NCBI GenBank assembly: GCA_050945515.1
Contig: JBMNTB010000002.1
Span: 9,431-73,430, forward strand
Length of the DNA: 64,000 nt
Direction: 5' to 3'
From: Saccharofermentanales bacterium
GTDB lineage: Bacteria > Bacillota > Clostridia > Saccharofermentanales > DTU023
Positions 1-8,343 of this stretch are shown piece by piece. Within the stretch, counting starts at the first letter, position 1, and the number at the start of each line of letters is the position of its first letter. The notes beneath the pieces were generated by a model, which was given only the letters and a program-made list of their open reading frames with translations, was not told the origin of the DNA and ran no database searches. The translations under genes were made by a program, and so were the position numbers.

Positions 1-191
1 GCGATCGAGTCAAGGTAGTGATCAGATTCCGAGGCAGGGAGATGGCTCATCAGGAGCAGGGTTATGATGTGATGAAAAACTTTGCCGAGGCCAGCTCTGA
101 TTCCGGGCTGGTGGATCGCCCGCCCCGAATTGAGGGTCGTCATATGATTATGTATCTGGCACCTCATAAGGATAAGGCGAAAACTAACTAA
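1..191 (+). CDS. infC: translation initiation factor IF-3, C-terminal fragment (5' end outside window)
   Basis: The frame starting at nt 3 reads DRVKVVIRFRGREMAHQEQGYDVMKNFAEA...IEGRHMIMYLAPHKDKAKTN*, with stop TAA at 189-191. This is the typical IF-3 C-domain. The canonical infC-rpmI-rplT order follows. Confidence 0.85.
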   Translation, partial: DRVKVVIRFRGREMAHQEQGYDVMKNFAEASSDSGLVDRPPRIEGRHMIMYLAPHKDKAKTN

Positions 192-239
192 GTGAATAAA
201 TAGTAGCAATGTATATACAATGAGAGGATGGGATGCAAT

Positions 240-440
240 ATGCCTAAAATGAAATCACACAGTTCATCTAAAAAAAGATACAAAATTACCGGTACGGGTA
301 AATTTATACGTGCTCAGGCCGGTAAGAGGCATATATTGACCAAGAAAACTGCCAAACGGAAACGTCAGCTACGCGGGCCGGCCCAGGTTGACAAAACATA
401 TGTCAAGAACTTGCGCAAGCTGCTTCCCTATGCGGACTAA
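240..440 (+). CDS. rpmI: 50S ribosomal protein L35
   Basis: The track ORF is 228..440. [24 protein letters not shown] is the canonical L35 N-terminus, so I prefer the ATG at 240. GAGAGGA lies upstream. Confidence 0.9.
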   Translation: MPKMKSHSSSKKRYKITGTGKFIRAQAGKRHILTKKTAKRKRQLRGPAQVDKTYVKNLRKLLPYAD

Positions 441-478
441 GTGAAAGAATTTGCTGATTATTAGCAGGAGGTCAAATT

Positions 479-832
479 ATGTCAAGAGTAAAACGAGGCG
501 TTAGTGCAAGGGCACGCCATAAAAAAGTCCTTAAGCAGGCAAAAGGCTATTTCGGTCGTAAAAGCAAACTGTTCAGAGTTGCTAACCAGGCTGTTCTTAA
601 GTCAGGCAATTATGCCTATAGAGACAGACGCAGAAAAAAGCGCGATTTCAGAAGACTCTGGATTGCTAGGATTAATGCTGCCAGCCGTCAAAATGGACTC
701 AGTTATTCTAAATTCATCAATGGGTTGAAAAAGGCCGGTATCGGTCTGGATCGTAAAATTTTGGCTGATATGGCCGTTAACGACAAAGAGGGTTTTGCCT
801 CTTTGGTTGAACAGGCACAGGCTCAATTATAG
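479..832 (+). CDS. rplT: 50S ribosomal protein L20
   Basis: [29 protein letters not shown]... is the canonical L20 sequence. GGAGG lies 7 nt upstream of the ATG. Confidence 0.95.
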   Translation: MSRVKRGVSARARHKKVLKQAKGYFGRKSKLFRVANQAVLKSGNYAYRDRRRKKRDFRRLWIARINAASRQNGLSYSKFINGLKKAGIGLDRKILADMAVNDKEGFASLVEQAQAQL

Positions 833-856
833 GAAAAACATTTGCTTGTATTCTTT

Positions 857-891
857 GGGGGTTGTCCTGCTGTGGGATAACCCTTATTTTT
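857..891 (+). terminator. rho-independent terminator after rplT
   Basis: A 9-bp stem gggttgtcc/ggataaccc (859-867 with 875-883, one G-U pair) is followed by ttattttt. Confidence 0.55.
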
Positions 892-946
892 GCGGCTTTA
901 TTTGGCGCTCAGGACTTACTTTGCTAGAATTTAAGAGTGAAGCAAG

Positions 947-1759
947 ATGGAAAATATAGTGAGAGTGAAATCCAGTCAGGATGAGCTGTTCCGGCGTATA
1001 CGCAATCTGATACGGAATAGTTCCAAGAGAAGAGACGATCTGCTCTTGATTGAAGGCAGACGTCAGCTGCTTGCTGCCTTGGACAGCGGGCTGGAGGCTG
1101 AATATCTGATCTTCGCCCACAATGCCAATGGTGAAGACCTGATCCGCGAGGTCTTGGGAAAATACCCTCAGAAACTACAGCCGATAGGTATGAAGCCATC
1201 TTTGTTTGCAGAACTGGCCGCAACCAGAAATAGCCAGGGGATCATCATGTTGGCTAAAATGCCTCCTCTGGAATCAGAACCGGCAATCATACTGGCCGCC
1301 GGCGGCCCGATATTGATCTTGGAGAATATCCAAGATCCGGGCAATACGGGAACTTTAATCAGAACCGCCGCTGCTTTCGGTTTTGCGGCAGTGATCATAA
1401 CGGAAGGCGGTTGCCAGCCTTTTAATGACAAGGCGTTGCGGGCCAGCATGGGAGCTGCTTTTCGTTTGCCCCTGCTAACCGACTGTTGCTTGACAGATAT
1501 TATTCCCGTGCTTAAGGACTATCATTATCAGCTGTTTGCTGCAGATATGCAGGGACTGTCGGTTTATGAGGTTGAAATTTCGGAACATAAGAATATTGCC
1601 TTGCTCCTAGGCAACGAAGGAGCCGGCATCAGTGATCTGGCCAGAGCCAGTTTCCGCCTGGTCTCTGTGCCGATGACGGGGGCCGTTGAATCACTCAATG
1701 TGGCCATGGCGGGCACGATTCTCTGCTGGGAATTATTTCGGCACAGAAAAAGGTCCTGA
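947..1759 (+). CDS. TrmH/SpoU family RNA 2'-O-methyltransferase
   Basis: The 270 aa protein has the C-terminal SpoU-type motifs LENIQDPGNTGTLIRTAAAFG, LLLGNEGAGIS and VESLNVAMAGTI. Its position downstream of rplT is typical of Clostridia. Confidence 0.8.
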   Translation: MENIVRVKSSQDELFRRIRNLIRNSSKRRDDLLLIEGRRQLLAALDSGLEAEYLIFAHNANGEDLIREVLGKYPQKLQPIGMKPSLFAELAATRNSQGIIMLAKMPPLESEPAIILAAGGPILILENIQDPGNTGTLIRTAAAFGFAAVIITEGGCQPFNDKALRASMGAAFRLPLLTDCCLTDIIPVLKDYHYQLFAADMQGLSVYEVEISEHKNIALLLGNEGAGISDLARASFRLVSVPMTGAVESLNVAMAGTILCWELFRHRKRS

Positions 1760-1776
1760 GCGAAAGATCAGGACCT
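1751..1776 (-). terminator. hairpin terminating tRNA-Glu (minus strand); overlaps the methyltransferase stop codon
   Basis: A 9-bp stem aggtcctga/tcaggacct has an 8-nt loop. On the minus strand it sits directly after the tRNA 3' end and is followed by TTTT. There is no T-run on the + strand. Confidence 0.45.
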
Positions 1777-1777
1777 C

Positions 1778-1852
1778 TGGTGACCCTAAGGAGAATCGAA
1801 CTCCTGATTCCGCCTTGAGAGGGCGGCGTCTTAACCGCTTGACCATAGGGCC
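1778..1852 (-). tRNA. tRNA-Glu (anticodon CUC)
   Basis: The reverse complement is GGCCCTA-TG-GTC-AAGCGGTTAA-GAC-G-CCGCC-CTCTCAA-GGCGG-AATC-AGGAG-TTCGATT-CTCCT-TAGGGTC-A-CCA. It folds into a full cloverleaf with the 3-bp D-stem typical of tRNA-Glu and an encoded CCA. Confidence 0.9.
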
Positions 1853-1867
1853 GAGGCAAGCTCGCAT

Positions 1868-1896
1868 ATTATAGCAATTCAAGTTTACCGATGCAA
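1868..1896 (-). promoter_or_regulatory. candidate sigma-A promoter for tRNA-Glu
   Basis: The minus strand reads TTGCAT, a 17-nt spacer, then TGcTATAAT (an extended -10). It ends about 15 nt upstream of tRNA position 1. Confidence 0.5.
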
Positions 1897-1914
1897 GCGC
1901 AGGAGGTGACAGAG

Positions 1915-3672
1915 ATGGACGAATTGAATCAAGCCGAGCGCTGGGATCTGGACTCTCTATATGCCGGACTGTCAGATCCAAGTTTTGTCAGTGATCAGAT
2001 AAAAATGCAGGAATTGGCTGAGAAAGGTTCTCAACTGTTGCAGTTGCCCCTGCCGGACAGATTGTCAGCCGGCCTGGAGTGGTGGGAAGAACAGCATATT
2101 CTGCGCAAGAAGATTTTCCCTTATCTAATTCTAAGAAATTCTGAGGATAGCTCTGATTTAGAGGTTAGAGCGGAACTGAAGAGATATCGGCAGTACCAAG
2201 CTGCGGTTGATTTAGTCATTGTTGGTCTTAAAAAGACTATCGCTGAAGTAAATTTGGCGGAATTTCTGGCTGTCAATCCGCACTGGCGGGATTATGAGTT
2301 CTTTCTCAAACAAATTCAAATTAGGGCCGAGCGCTTGCTGACCGAGGAGACAGAACGATTGCTGTCTGCCGTGACCAATTCCAGTGTTCAGAACTGGGTC
2401 CAGCTGATATCTGATTTGACCTCGCAGCAAACAATTATATTTGATGGTAAGACTATTGGCCTCGGTCGGCTTAATGCGCTGCAAAAAGATACTGATCGCA
2501 ATCTTAGACAACGCGCCTATCAAAAGGAATTGGAAATATATGCCGGGATTGAATTGCCTGCTGCCTATGCTCTGAACAGTATCAAGTCATATGCTGCCGC
2601 TATGGCTAAGACCAGAGGTTATAGTGAAGCTTTAGCGGAAACTCTGAGTTTATCCCGTCTTAAGCGTGAGACTCTGGATAGTCTTCTGCAGACTGTCCGG
2701 CAATATCTGCCCCTTTTTCAGCAATTTTTACAGGCCAAAAGCCGGCTGATCTCCGGCCGGAACCAAATCGCCTGGTACGATTTGTGGGCTCCTGTGGGTG
2801 AGAGCAGACAAAAATTCAGTCCCCAAGAAGCGGAGGAACTGATTGTTAATATTTTCAGCGACTTGCACCCGCCCCTGTCCAGATTGATAAAAAGAGCATT
2901 TGAGGAGCACTGGATTGATTTTTATCCCAGACTGAATAAAACAGGAGGATCTTCTTTTTGCTTCAATTTGCCCATGCACTGTCAATCCAGAATTCTGACC
3001 AATTTTACCGGTGATCTGGGCTCGGTTAAGACTCTAGTACATGAGCTGGGACATGCCTACCATGGCAGCATTATCTGCCAACATAGACCCTTGAATCAGG
3101 AATATACTCTACCTTTAGCCGAAACAGCCTCGACTTTTAATGAAACGCATTTTTATCTGGCTCTGTTAGAGTGTCAACAAGAGGCAGAAGAGCGTATTTC
3201 TCTCCTCAATGATTGCATTTCCGCCGCTGTTCTATTCATTTGCGATATGTATGCACGCTTTTGTTTTGAACAGGAAGTGTTTAAGGCCTGCGAGCAGAGA
3301 TTTTTAGCACCGGCTACTCTTTGCCGTCTGATGTCGGATGCCCAGCGGGAAGCCTATGGTGAAGCGCTGGATCCGGGCCTGGACCATCCCTATCAATGGA
3401 TTGCCAAGGATCATTATTATTCACTGAGAGTCAACTATTATAATTTTCCCTATACATTCGGCACACTCTTTGCCGTCGGACTCTATCACAAATTCCGGCA
3501 AGAGGGGACCGACTTTATGGCTAAATATGATCGCCTATTGGCCGGTACCGCCACTTCCTCCTGCGAAGATGCAGCCCTCAGTATCGGTCTGGATCTGACA
3601 ACAGAAGATTTCTGGCTGGAGAGCTTGAGCCACTACGCTGATTTGATCCGGGAATTCCTCCGGCTAGCCTGA
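1915..3672 (+). CDS. pepF: oligoendopeptidase F family (M3B) metallopeptidase
   Basis: The protein carries the HELGHAYH zinc motif and has the length and layout of M3B PepF. I chose the ATG at 1915 because AGGAGG at 1901-1906 precedes it. The track's ATG at 1891 overlaps the tRNA promoter. Confidence 0.85.
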   Translation: MDELNQAERWDLDSLYAGLSDPSFVSDQIKMQELAEKGSQLLQLPLPDRLSAGLEWWEEQHILRKKIFPYLILRNSEDSSDLEVRAELKRYRQYQAAVDLVIVGLKKTIAEVNLAEFLAVNPHWRDYEFFLKQIQIRAERLLTEETERLLSAVTNSSVQNWVQLISDLTSQQTIIFDGKTIGLGRLNALQKDTDRNLRQRAYQKELEIYAGIELPAAYALNSIKSYAAAMAKTRGYSEALAETLSLSRLKRETLDSLLQTVRQYLPLFQQFLQAKSRLISGRNQIAWYDLWAPVGESRQKFSPQEAEELIVNIFSDLHPPLSRLIKRAFEEHWIDFYPRLNKTGGSSFCFNLPMHCQSRILTNFTGDLGSVKTLVHELGHAYHGSIICQHRPLNQEYTLPLAETASTFNETHFYLALLECQQEAEERISLLNDCISAAVLFICDMYARFCFEQEVFKACEQRFLAPATLCRLMSDAQREAYGEALDPGLDHPYQWIAKDHYYSLRVNYYNFPYTFGTLFAVGLYHKFRQEGTDFMAKYDRLLAGTATSSCEDAALSIGLDLTTEDFWLESLSHYADLIREFLRLA

Positions 3673-3769
3673 CACCCCCGGCGTTATTATTGCCACTCCG
3701 CGGTTTTGTTGATAAACTGAAAGATACATCTTGTGATATATTTAGCGAAATAATTATGGGGGTCGGAGT

Positions 3770-4165
3770 ATGTTGTCAATGCGAGCCAGAAAAGCTGTTT
3801 TCGGGCTTGGGGTATTTTTTCTTATAATTGCTTTTTTTTCAAAATTTACCCAGGTGGACAAGAAAACTGTGCGCACATTCCTGGCGGTGGGGGGCGAACA
3901 TAATACAGGACTGTATTTAATGATTGTACTGCCCTTGCTTATCGTGTTGGCAGTCAATATCCTGAATCTGCTCCGGAGTGATAAAGTATTACGTGTCATC
4001 GCATTGACTGTGAATATCCTCGGCATTGTCTGGGGTATAATTCTTTATTATGCTTTGGCAGCGGATTCATCATTGAAGACCACACCTGCTTTATTTCTCA
4101 TCATCGCCGGAGCTGTTTTTTTCTTTGGTGCTCTCATGACACATCCCGACTATGATGAAGAGTAA
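3770..4165 (+). CDS. hypothetical small membrane protein (about 4 TM segments)
   Basis: The 131 aa ORF has four hydrophobic stretches and GGGGTCGGAG upstream. I recognise no family. Confidence 0.5.
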   Translation: MLSMRARKAVFGLGVFFLIIAFFSKFTQVDKKTVRTFLAVGGEHNTGLYLMIVLPLLIVLAVNILNLLRSDKVLRVIALTVNILGIVWGIILYYALAADSSLKTTPALFLIIAGAVFFFGALMTHPDYDEE

Positions 4166-4217
4166 TAGCGGACAGAACAAAAACTTGTACTGCCGGACCT
4201 TGTGAGAGGGGGACTGT

Positions 4218-5225
4218 ATGCCAGATACAAATGTGATCAATAATTCCGACAATTCTGTGACATTACCTCGCTTGGCGACATTTGGCGGGGTTGTCTCAGA
4301 GAAGGCAGAACGGACAGTCGAGACCATTCAACGAAAGGATTTGAGATTTAGGATCTTAAATGCCCTGACGGCTGCAGTTTTTGCCTATCCTTGGATTTTA
4401 TTTTTCAAGGCGATCAAATTGATGGATATGAACCGGATAACCTGGGTCGATTTTCTGATCATGATAATATTTCTTTTGACTTGCTTTGGCTTTGCAGTCA
4501 ATTCGCGCAAAACAGGACGTTCCTTTTCCGGTTATCTGATCTATCCTTATGTACTGGCGGCTCTGATGCCGGTGCTGATTTATCTGGGACGTCTCCTGCC
4601 CCGAGTAGGTTCGGGTCTGATGAGAGAAGGTTTGGGCGGGGCTGTCAAATCCGCTATACGGATAAACAAGGGGCTTTTTTCTCAGGCCGGTTTTTTCTTT
4701 ATCTTGTTTTTGGTTGCCTCAATAGTGCTGGCCATGGTTTCATTATTTGAACTTTTATCTATAAGACGTTTGTTTTTTTCGCTGCGTCGGGAGCATTACC
4801 GGATAGTGCGTATCTTAGAAGAGGCGACAATCCTGAAGATTGTACGTTTCCTGGGCCTGATAAATCTGCTCTATCTGATTGTTATGATCGCCTATTACTA
4901 TCATTATGCTATCTCGACACCGGGTTATAATCATTGGATTACAGGAATCATGACCATAGTATTTGCCTTCGTCTTTTTCAATATGCTGGCGAATCTCTAT
5001 ACCGTAATTAAGTATGATACTTACAATGTCCGCACCGGTCCGTTCTTGTTTATTTATGGCCTGACCATTGCTCTGATGCAGTTTACCAGCGTGGCCGGCC
5101 TGCCGATCATACGTACCGCGAGTGGAACTCTGCAGCCAATGAGCATTCTTGGTATGGTGTATTTTTTCTTTCTCAGTACGGGCATTTTTTGCTCATTACT
5201 TGGTTCTTACTTCACCAAAGCATAG
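4218..5225 (+). CDS. hypothetical polytopic membrane protein
   Basis: The 335 aa ORF has a roughly 50 aa hydrophilic N-terminus followed by about 8 hydrophobic segments. GAGAGGGGGA lies upstream. I recognise no family. Confidence 0.55.
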   Translation: MPDTNVINNSDNSVTLPRLATFGGVVSEKAERTVETIQRKDLRFRILNALTAAVFAYPWILFFKAIKLMDMNRITWVDFLIMIIFLLTCFGFAVNSRKTGRSFSGYLIYPYVLAALMPVLIYLGRLLPRVGSGLMREGLGGAVKSAIRINKGLFSQAGFFFILFLVASIVLAMVSLFELLSIRRLFFSLRREHYRIVRILEEATILKIVRFLGLINLLYLIVMIAYYYHYAISTPGYNHWITGIMTIVFAFVFFNMLANLYTVIKYDTYNVRTGPFLFIYGLTIALMQFTSVAGLPIIRTASGTLQPMSILGMVYFFFLSTGIFCSLLGSYFTKA

Positions 5226-5251
5226 ATTTTAACTGAGGTGCAATTTGTTAC

Positions 5252-5290
5252 GAAACAGGACTTTGTCGGACGGAAGTCCTGTTTCTTTAT
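5252..5290 (+). terminator. rho-independent terminator after the membrane-protein pair
   Basis: A 12-bp perfect stem gaaacaggactt/aagtcctgtttc (5252-5263 with 5274-5285) is followed by tttat. Confidence 0.55.
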
Positions 5291-5302
5291 CTGTGTGCTA
5301 AA

Positions 5303-8227
5303 ATGTATCGCATGGATTCGCAGATTCGTATTAGAGGTGCCAGAGAGCACAATCTGAAAAATATTGATGTCGATATTCCTCGGAATCGACTGGTGGTTCT
5401 GACCGGTCTGTCAGGATCGGGTAAGTCTTCGCTCGCCTTTGACACGATCTATGCCGAAGGACAGCGCCGCTATGTAGAATCACTGTCTTCATATGCCAGG
5501 CAGTTCCTAGGTCAAATGGAGAAACCGGATGTCGATCAGATAGATGGTCTGTCACCGGCGATTGCCATTGATCAGAAGACTACCAGCAAGAACCCGCGTT
5601 CCACGGTCGGTACTGTTACGGAGATCTACGACTATCTGCGCCTACTGTATGCCCGGGTGGGCACATTGCATTGCCCGGTATGCGGTCAAGTCATTCAACG
5701 GCAGTCAATCGATCAGATCACCAATCGCTTACTGGAATGGCCGGACAAAACGCGGTTTATCATTATGGCTCCGGTTGTGCGCGGGCGCAAAGGTGAATTT
5801 GCCAAATTGCTTAAGAAGTATTGGCAAGAAGGTTTTGTGCGGGTTCGGGTGGATGGCGAGTTCCGTGATCTGGAAGAAGATATCAAGTTAGAACTGCATA
5901 AGAAACATGATATCGAAATTGTGGTTGACCGCTTGGTTAAACGTGAAGGCTTTGAGAGCAGGCTAACAGATTCGTTGGAAACGGCATTGGAGTTGGCAGA
6001 AGGTCTGGTTCTGGTACAGTATCAATTACCACGGGAAGATCAGGATGGCGATGAGAAGCTACAGGGTGAAGTGATGTTTTCAGAGCGTTTCAGTTGTCCG
6101 GACTGTGATATTGATATCGACGAAATCTCGCCCAGATCATTCAGTTTTAATAATCCCTTCGGTGCCTGTCCGCATTGTTTCGGAATCGGTGAGCTGCGCG
6201 AGATCAATCCTGATCTGATCATCTCTAATGATAAATTGTCGTTAAATGAGGGCGCTATACAGATAGCAGGCTGGCGGGTTCATGAGAAGAAGAGCTGGGG
6301 CAGAGCTTTTATTAAAGCTTTAGCGGAAAAGTATGATTTTTCGCTGGATACACCTGTACGTGATCTACCGGACGAAATTAGAGAAATCATCCTTTTTGGT
6401 GACGGTAAAATGCTGACGATTGATACCAGTAAAACTCGCTACCCGCGCTCTAAACCTTATAAAACCAAATGGCAGGGGATCGTAGCCTCTGTGTCCAAGA
6501 GATGGCAGGAGACTAATTCAGATGAGATGAAGGCCTATTATGAGGATTATCTCTCGATATCAACCTGTCCTGTCTGTCATGGCGCCAGATTAAAGAAAGA
6601 GAGCCTCTCAGTTACCTGCGGTGGCTTGAATATTTACGAATTGACTATGTTGCCGATCGGACAGGCCCTGACCTTTCTGAAAAATATCTCTTGGGCACCT
6701 GAGCAATTGTTGATTGCTGAAGCTATTATGCGAGAGTTGGAAGCCAGACTCGGTTTTCTGATCGAAGTCGGTCTCTATTATTTGACATTGGCTAGAGCTT
6801 CAGCCACATTATCAGGCGGTGAGGCACAGCGCATCAGGCTGGCAACGCAGATTGGTTCGGGTCTGGCTGGCGTGCTCTATATTTTGGATGAACCGAGTAT
6901 AGGTCTGCATCAACGAGATAATAAGCGCTTGCTGGCGACGCTGGAAAAACTGCGAGATCTCGGTAATACTGTGATTGTCGTTGAGCATGATGAAGAGACG
7001 ATCTGGGCGGCCGATCATGTAATTGATATCGGTCCCGGAGCGGGGGAGCTGGGCGGCAGAATTGTTGCCGCAGGCAAACCCGCTAGCATAGCCGATAACG
7101 AGCAATCATTGACAGGGCAATATCTGTCCGGGCGCCGGATGATTCCGGTACCGGCCAAACGGCGGCCCCCCGGTGCCAGCTGGCTGAATATTAGAGGAGC
7201 CAGAGAAAATAATCTCAAAAATTTGGATATAGATATTCCGCTGGGTTTGTTTACTTGTGTGACAGGGGTTTCCGGTTCGGGTAAGAGTTCTTTGGTTTTA
7301 AATGTTGTGCTGAGGGTTCTGGCCCACAAATTGAATCGGGCGCACAAGACTGATGTCAAAGTATCAGATGTCATAGGACTGGAACAGCTGGATAATGTGA
7401 TTGCCATTGATCAGTCACCGATCGGCAGAACACCGCGCTCAAATCCGGCAACTTATACAGGCGTTTTCGATCTGATTCGGGACTTGTTTTCACAGACCAG
7501 AGAAGCTAGAGCCAGGGGATACAAGCCGGGGCGCTTTAGCTTTAATGTCAGTGGCGGCCGTTGCGAAGCTTGCCGGGGCGATGGTGTCAACAAGATTGAA
7601 ATGCATTTTTTGCCGGATGTCTATGTAAAATGTGAGGTTTGCCAAGGCAAGAGATATAATCGTGAGACATTGGAAGTCAAATACCGGGGCAAGTCGATTG
7701 CCGATGTGTTGGAGATGACAGTTGAAGAGGCTCTGGCCTTTTTTGAGCCACTGCCTCGGATAGCCAAAAAATTGAAAACACTATTTGATGTGGGCCTGGG
7801 TTATATTCGTCTCGGCCAGCCATCGACGGAACTTTCGGGCGGTGAAGCGCAAAGGGTCAAATTGGCAACAGAATTGTCCAGACGTAGCACAGGGCGTACA
7901 TTCTATATCCTGGACGAACCTACCACGGGGCTGCATGCTGCCGACGTTCATCGTCTGACCCAGATTCTCCAGCGTCTGGTCGCCGGAGGCAATACGGTTG
8001 TAGTGATTGAGCATAATCTCGATGTGATCAAGACAGCTGATTGGATTATTGATCTGGGTCCGGAGGGTGGGGATGGCGGCGGCGAGCTAGTCGTGGCAGG
8101 AACCCCGGAAGATGTAGCCAAACATCAAAGCTCTTATACCGGGCAGTATCTGGCTAAGATCCTAGCCCGCAAGGTTTTGCCGGATGTTCTGACCGAGCCG
8201 GAGGTTATTGCCGGCAGTGGCAGCTGA
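5303..8227 (+). CDS. uvrA: excinuclease ABC subunit A
   Basis: The N-terminus reads [19 protein letters not shown]. There are two ABC modules (GLSGSGKSS and GVSGSGKSS, with LSGGEAQR twice) and zinc-finger Cys pairs. The start could be 5303 or 5312. Confidence 0.97.
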   Translation: MYRMDSQIRIRGAREHNLKNIDVDIPRNRLVVLTGLSGSGKSSLAFDTIYAEGQRRYVESLSSYARQFLGQMEKPDVDQIDGLSPAIAIDQKTTSKNPRSTVGTVTEIYDYLRLLYARVGTLHCPVCGQVIQRQSIDQITNRLLEWPDKTRFIIMAPVVRGRKGEFAKLLKKYWQEGFVRVRVDGEFRDLEEDIKLELHKKHDIEIVVDRLVKREGFESRLTDSLETALELAEGLVLVQYQLPREDQDGDEKLQGEVMFSERFSCPDCDIDIDEISPRSFSFNNPFGACPHCFGIGELREINPDLIISNDKLSLNEGAIQIAGWRVHEKKSWGRAFIKALAEKYDFSLDTPVRDLPDEIREIILFGDGKMLTIDTSKTRYPRSKPYKTKWQGIVASVSKRWQETNSDEMKAYYEDYLSISTCPVCHGARLKKESLSVTCGGLNIYELTMLPIGQALTFLKNISWAPEQLLIAEAIMRELEARLGFLIEVGLYYLTLARASATLSGGEAQRIRLATQIGSGLAGVLYILDEPSIGLHQRDNKRLLATLEKLRDLGNTVIVVEHDEETIWAADHVIDIGPGAGELGGRIVAAGKPASIADNEQSLTGQYLSGRRMIPVPAKRRPPGASWLNIRGARENNLKNLDIDIPLGLFTCVTGVSGSGKSSLVLNVVLRVLAHKLNRAHKTDVKVSDVIGLEQLDNVIAIDQSPIGRTPRSNPATYTGVFDLIRDLFSQTREARARGYKPGRFSFNVSGGRCEACRGDGVNKIEMHFLPDVYVKCEVCQGKRYNRETLEVKYRGKSIADVLEMTVEEALAFFEPLPRIAKKLKTLFDVGLGYIRLGQPSTELSGGEAQRVKLATELSRRSTGRTFYILDEPTTGLHAADVHRLTQILQRLVAGGNTVVVIEHNLDVIKTADWIIDLGPEGGDGGGELVVAGTPEDVAKHQSSYTGQYLAKILARKVLPDVLTEPEVIAGSGS

Positions 8228-8294
8228 TAATTGTCAGCTTTGGGCTGAGAAATCAATAAAGACGAATTGTCTGCAGATAAATTTCCCTAAAGTC

Positions 8295-8323
8295 TTGACA
8301 AAGATATATACTTAATTTAGATA
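8295..8323 (+). promoter_or_regulatory. candidate sigma-A promoter upstream of clpE-like gene
   Basis: TTGACA (8295-8300), a 17-nt spacer, then TAGATA (8318-8323). Confidence 0.3.
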
Positions 8324-8343
8324 GGGATTAAAGGGTGGTGGAC

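Noticed and set aside
4391-4750. 119-aa alternative-frame ORF within the 335-aa membrane protein gene
   Set aside because: It lies on the same strand in a different frame. Its translation is Gly/Arg/Ser-rich, whereas the main frame gives coherent TM helices.
5226-5302. SOS (LexA) box upstream of uvrA
   Set aside because: Only a half-site-like cgaaac is present, and it is part of the terminator stem. No CGAAC-N4-GTTCG palindrome is present.
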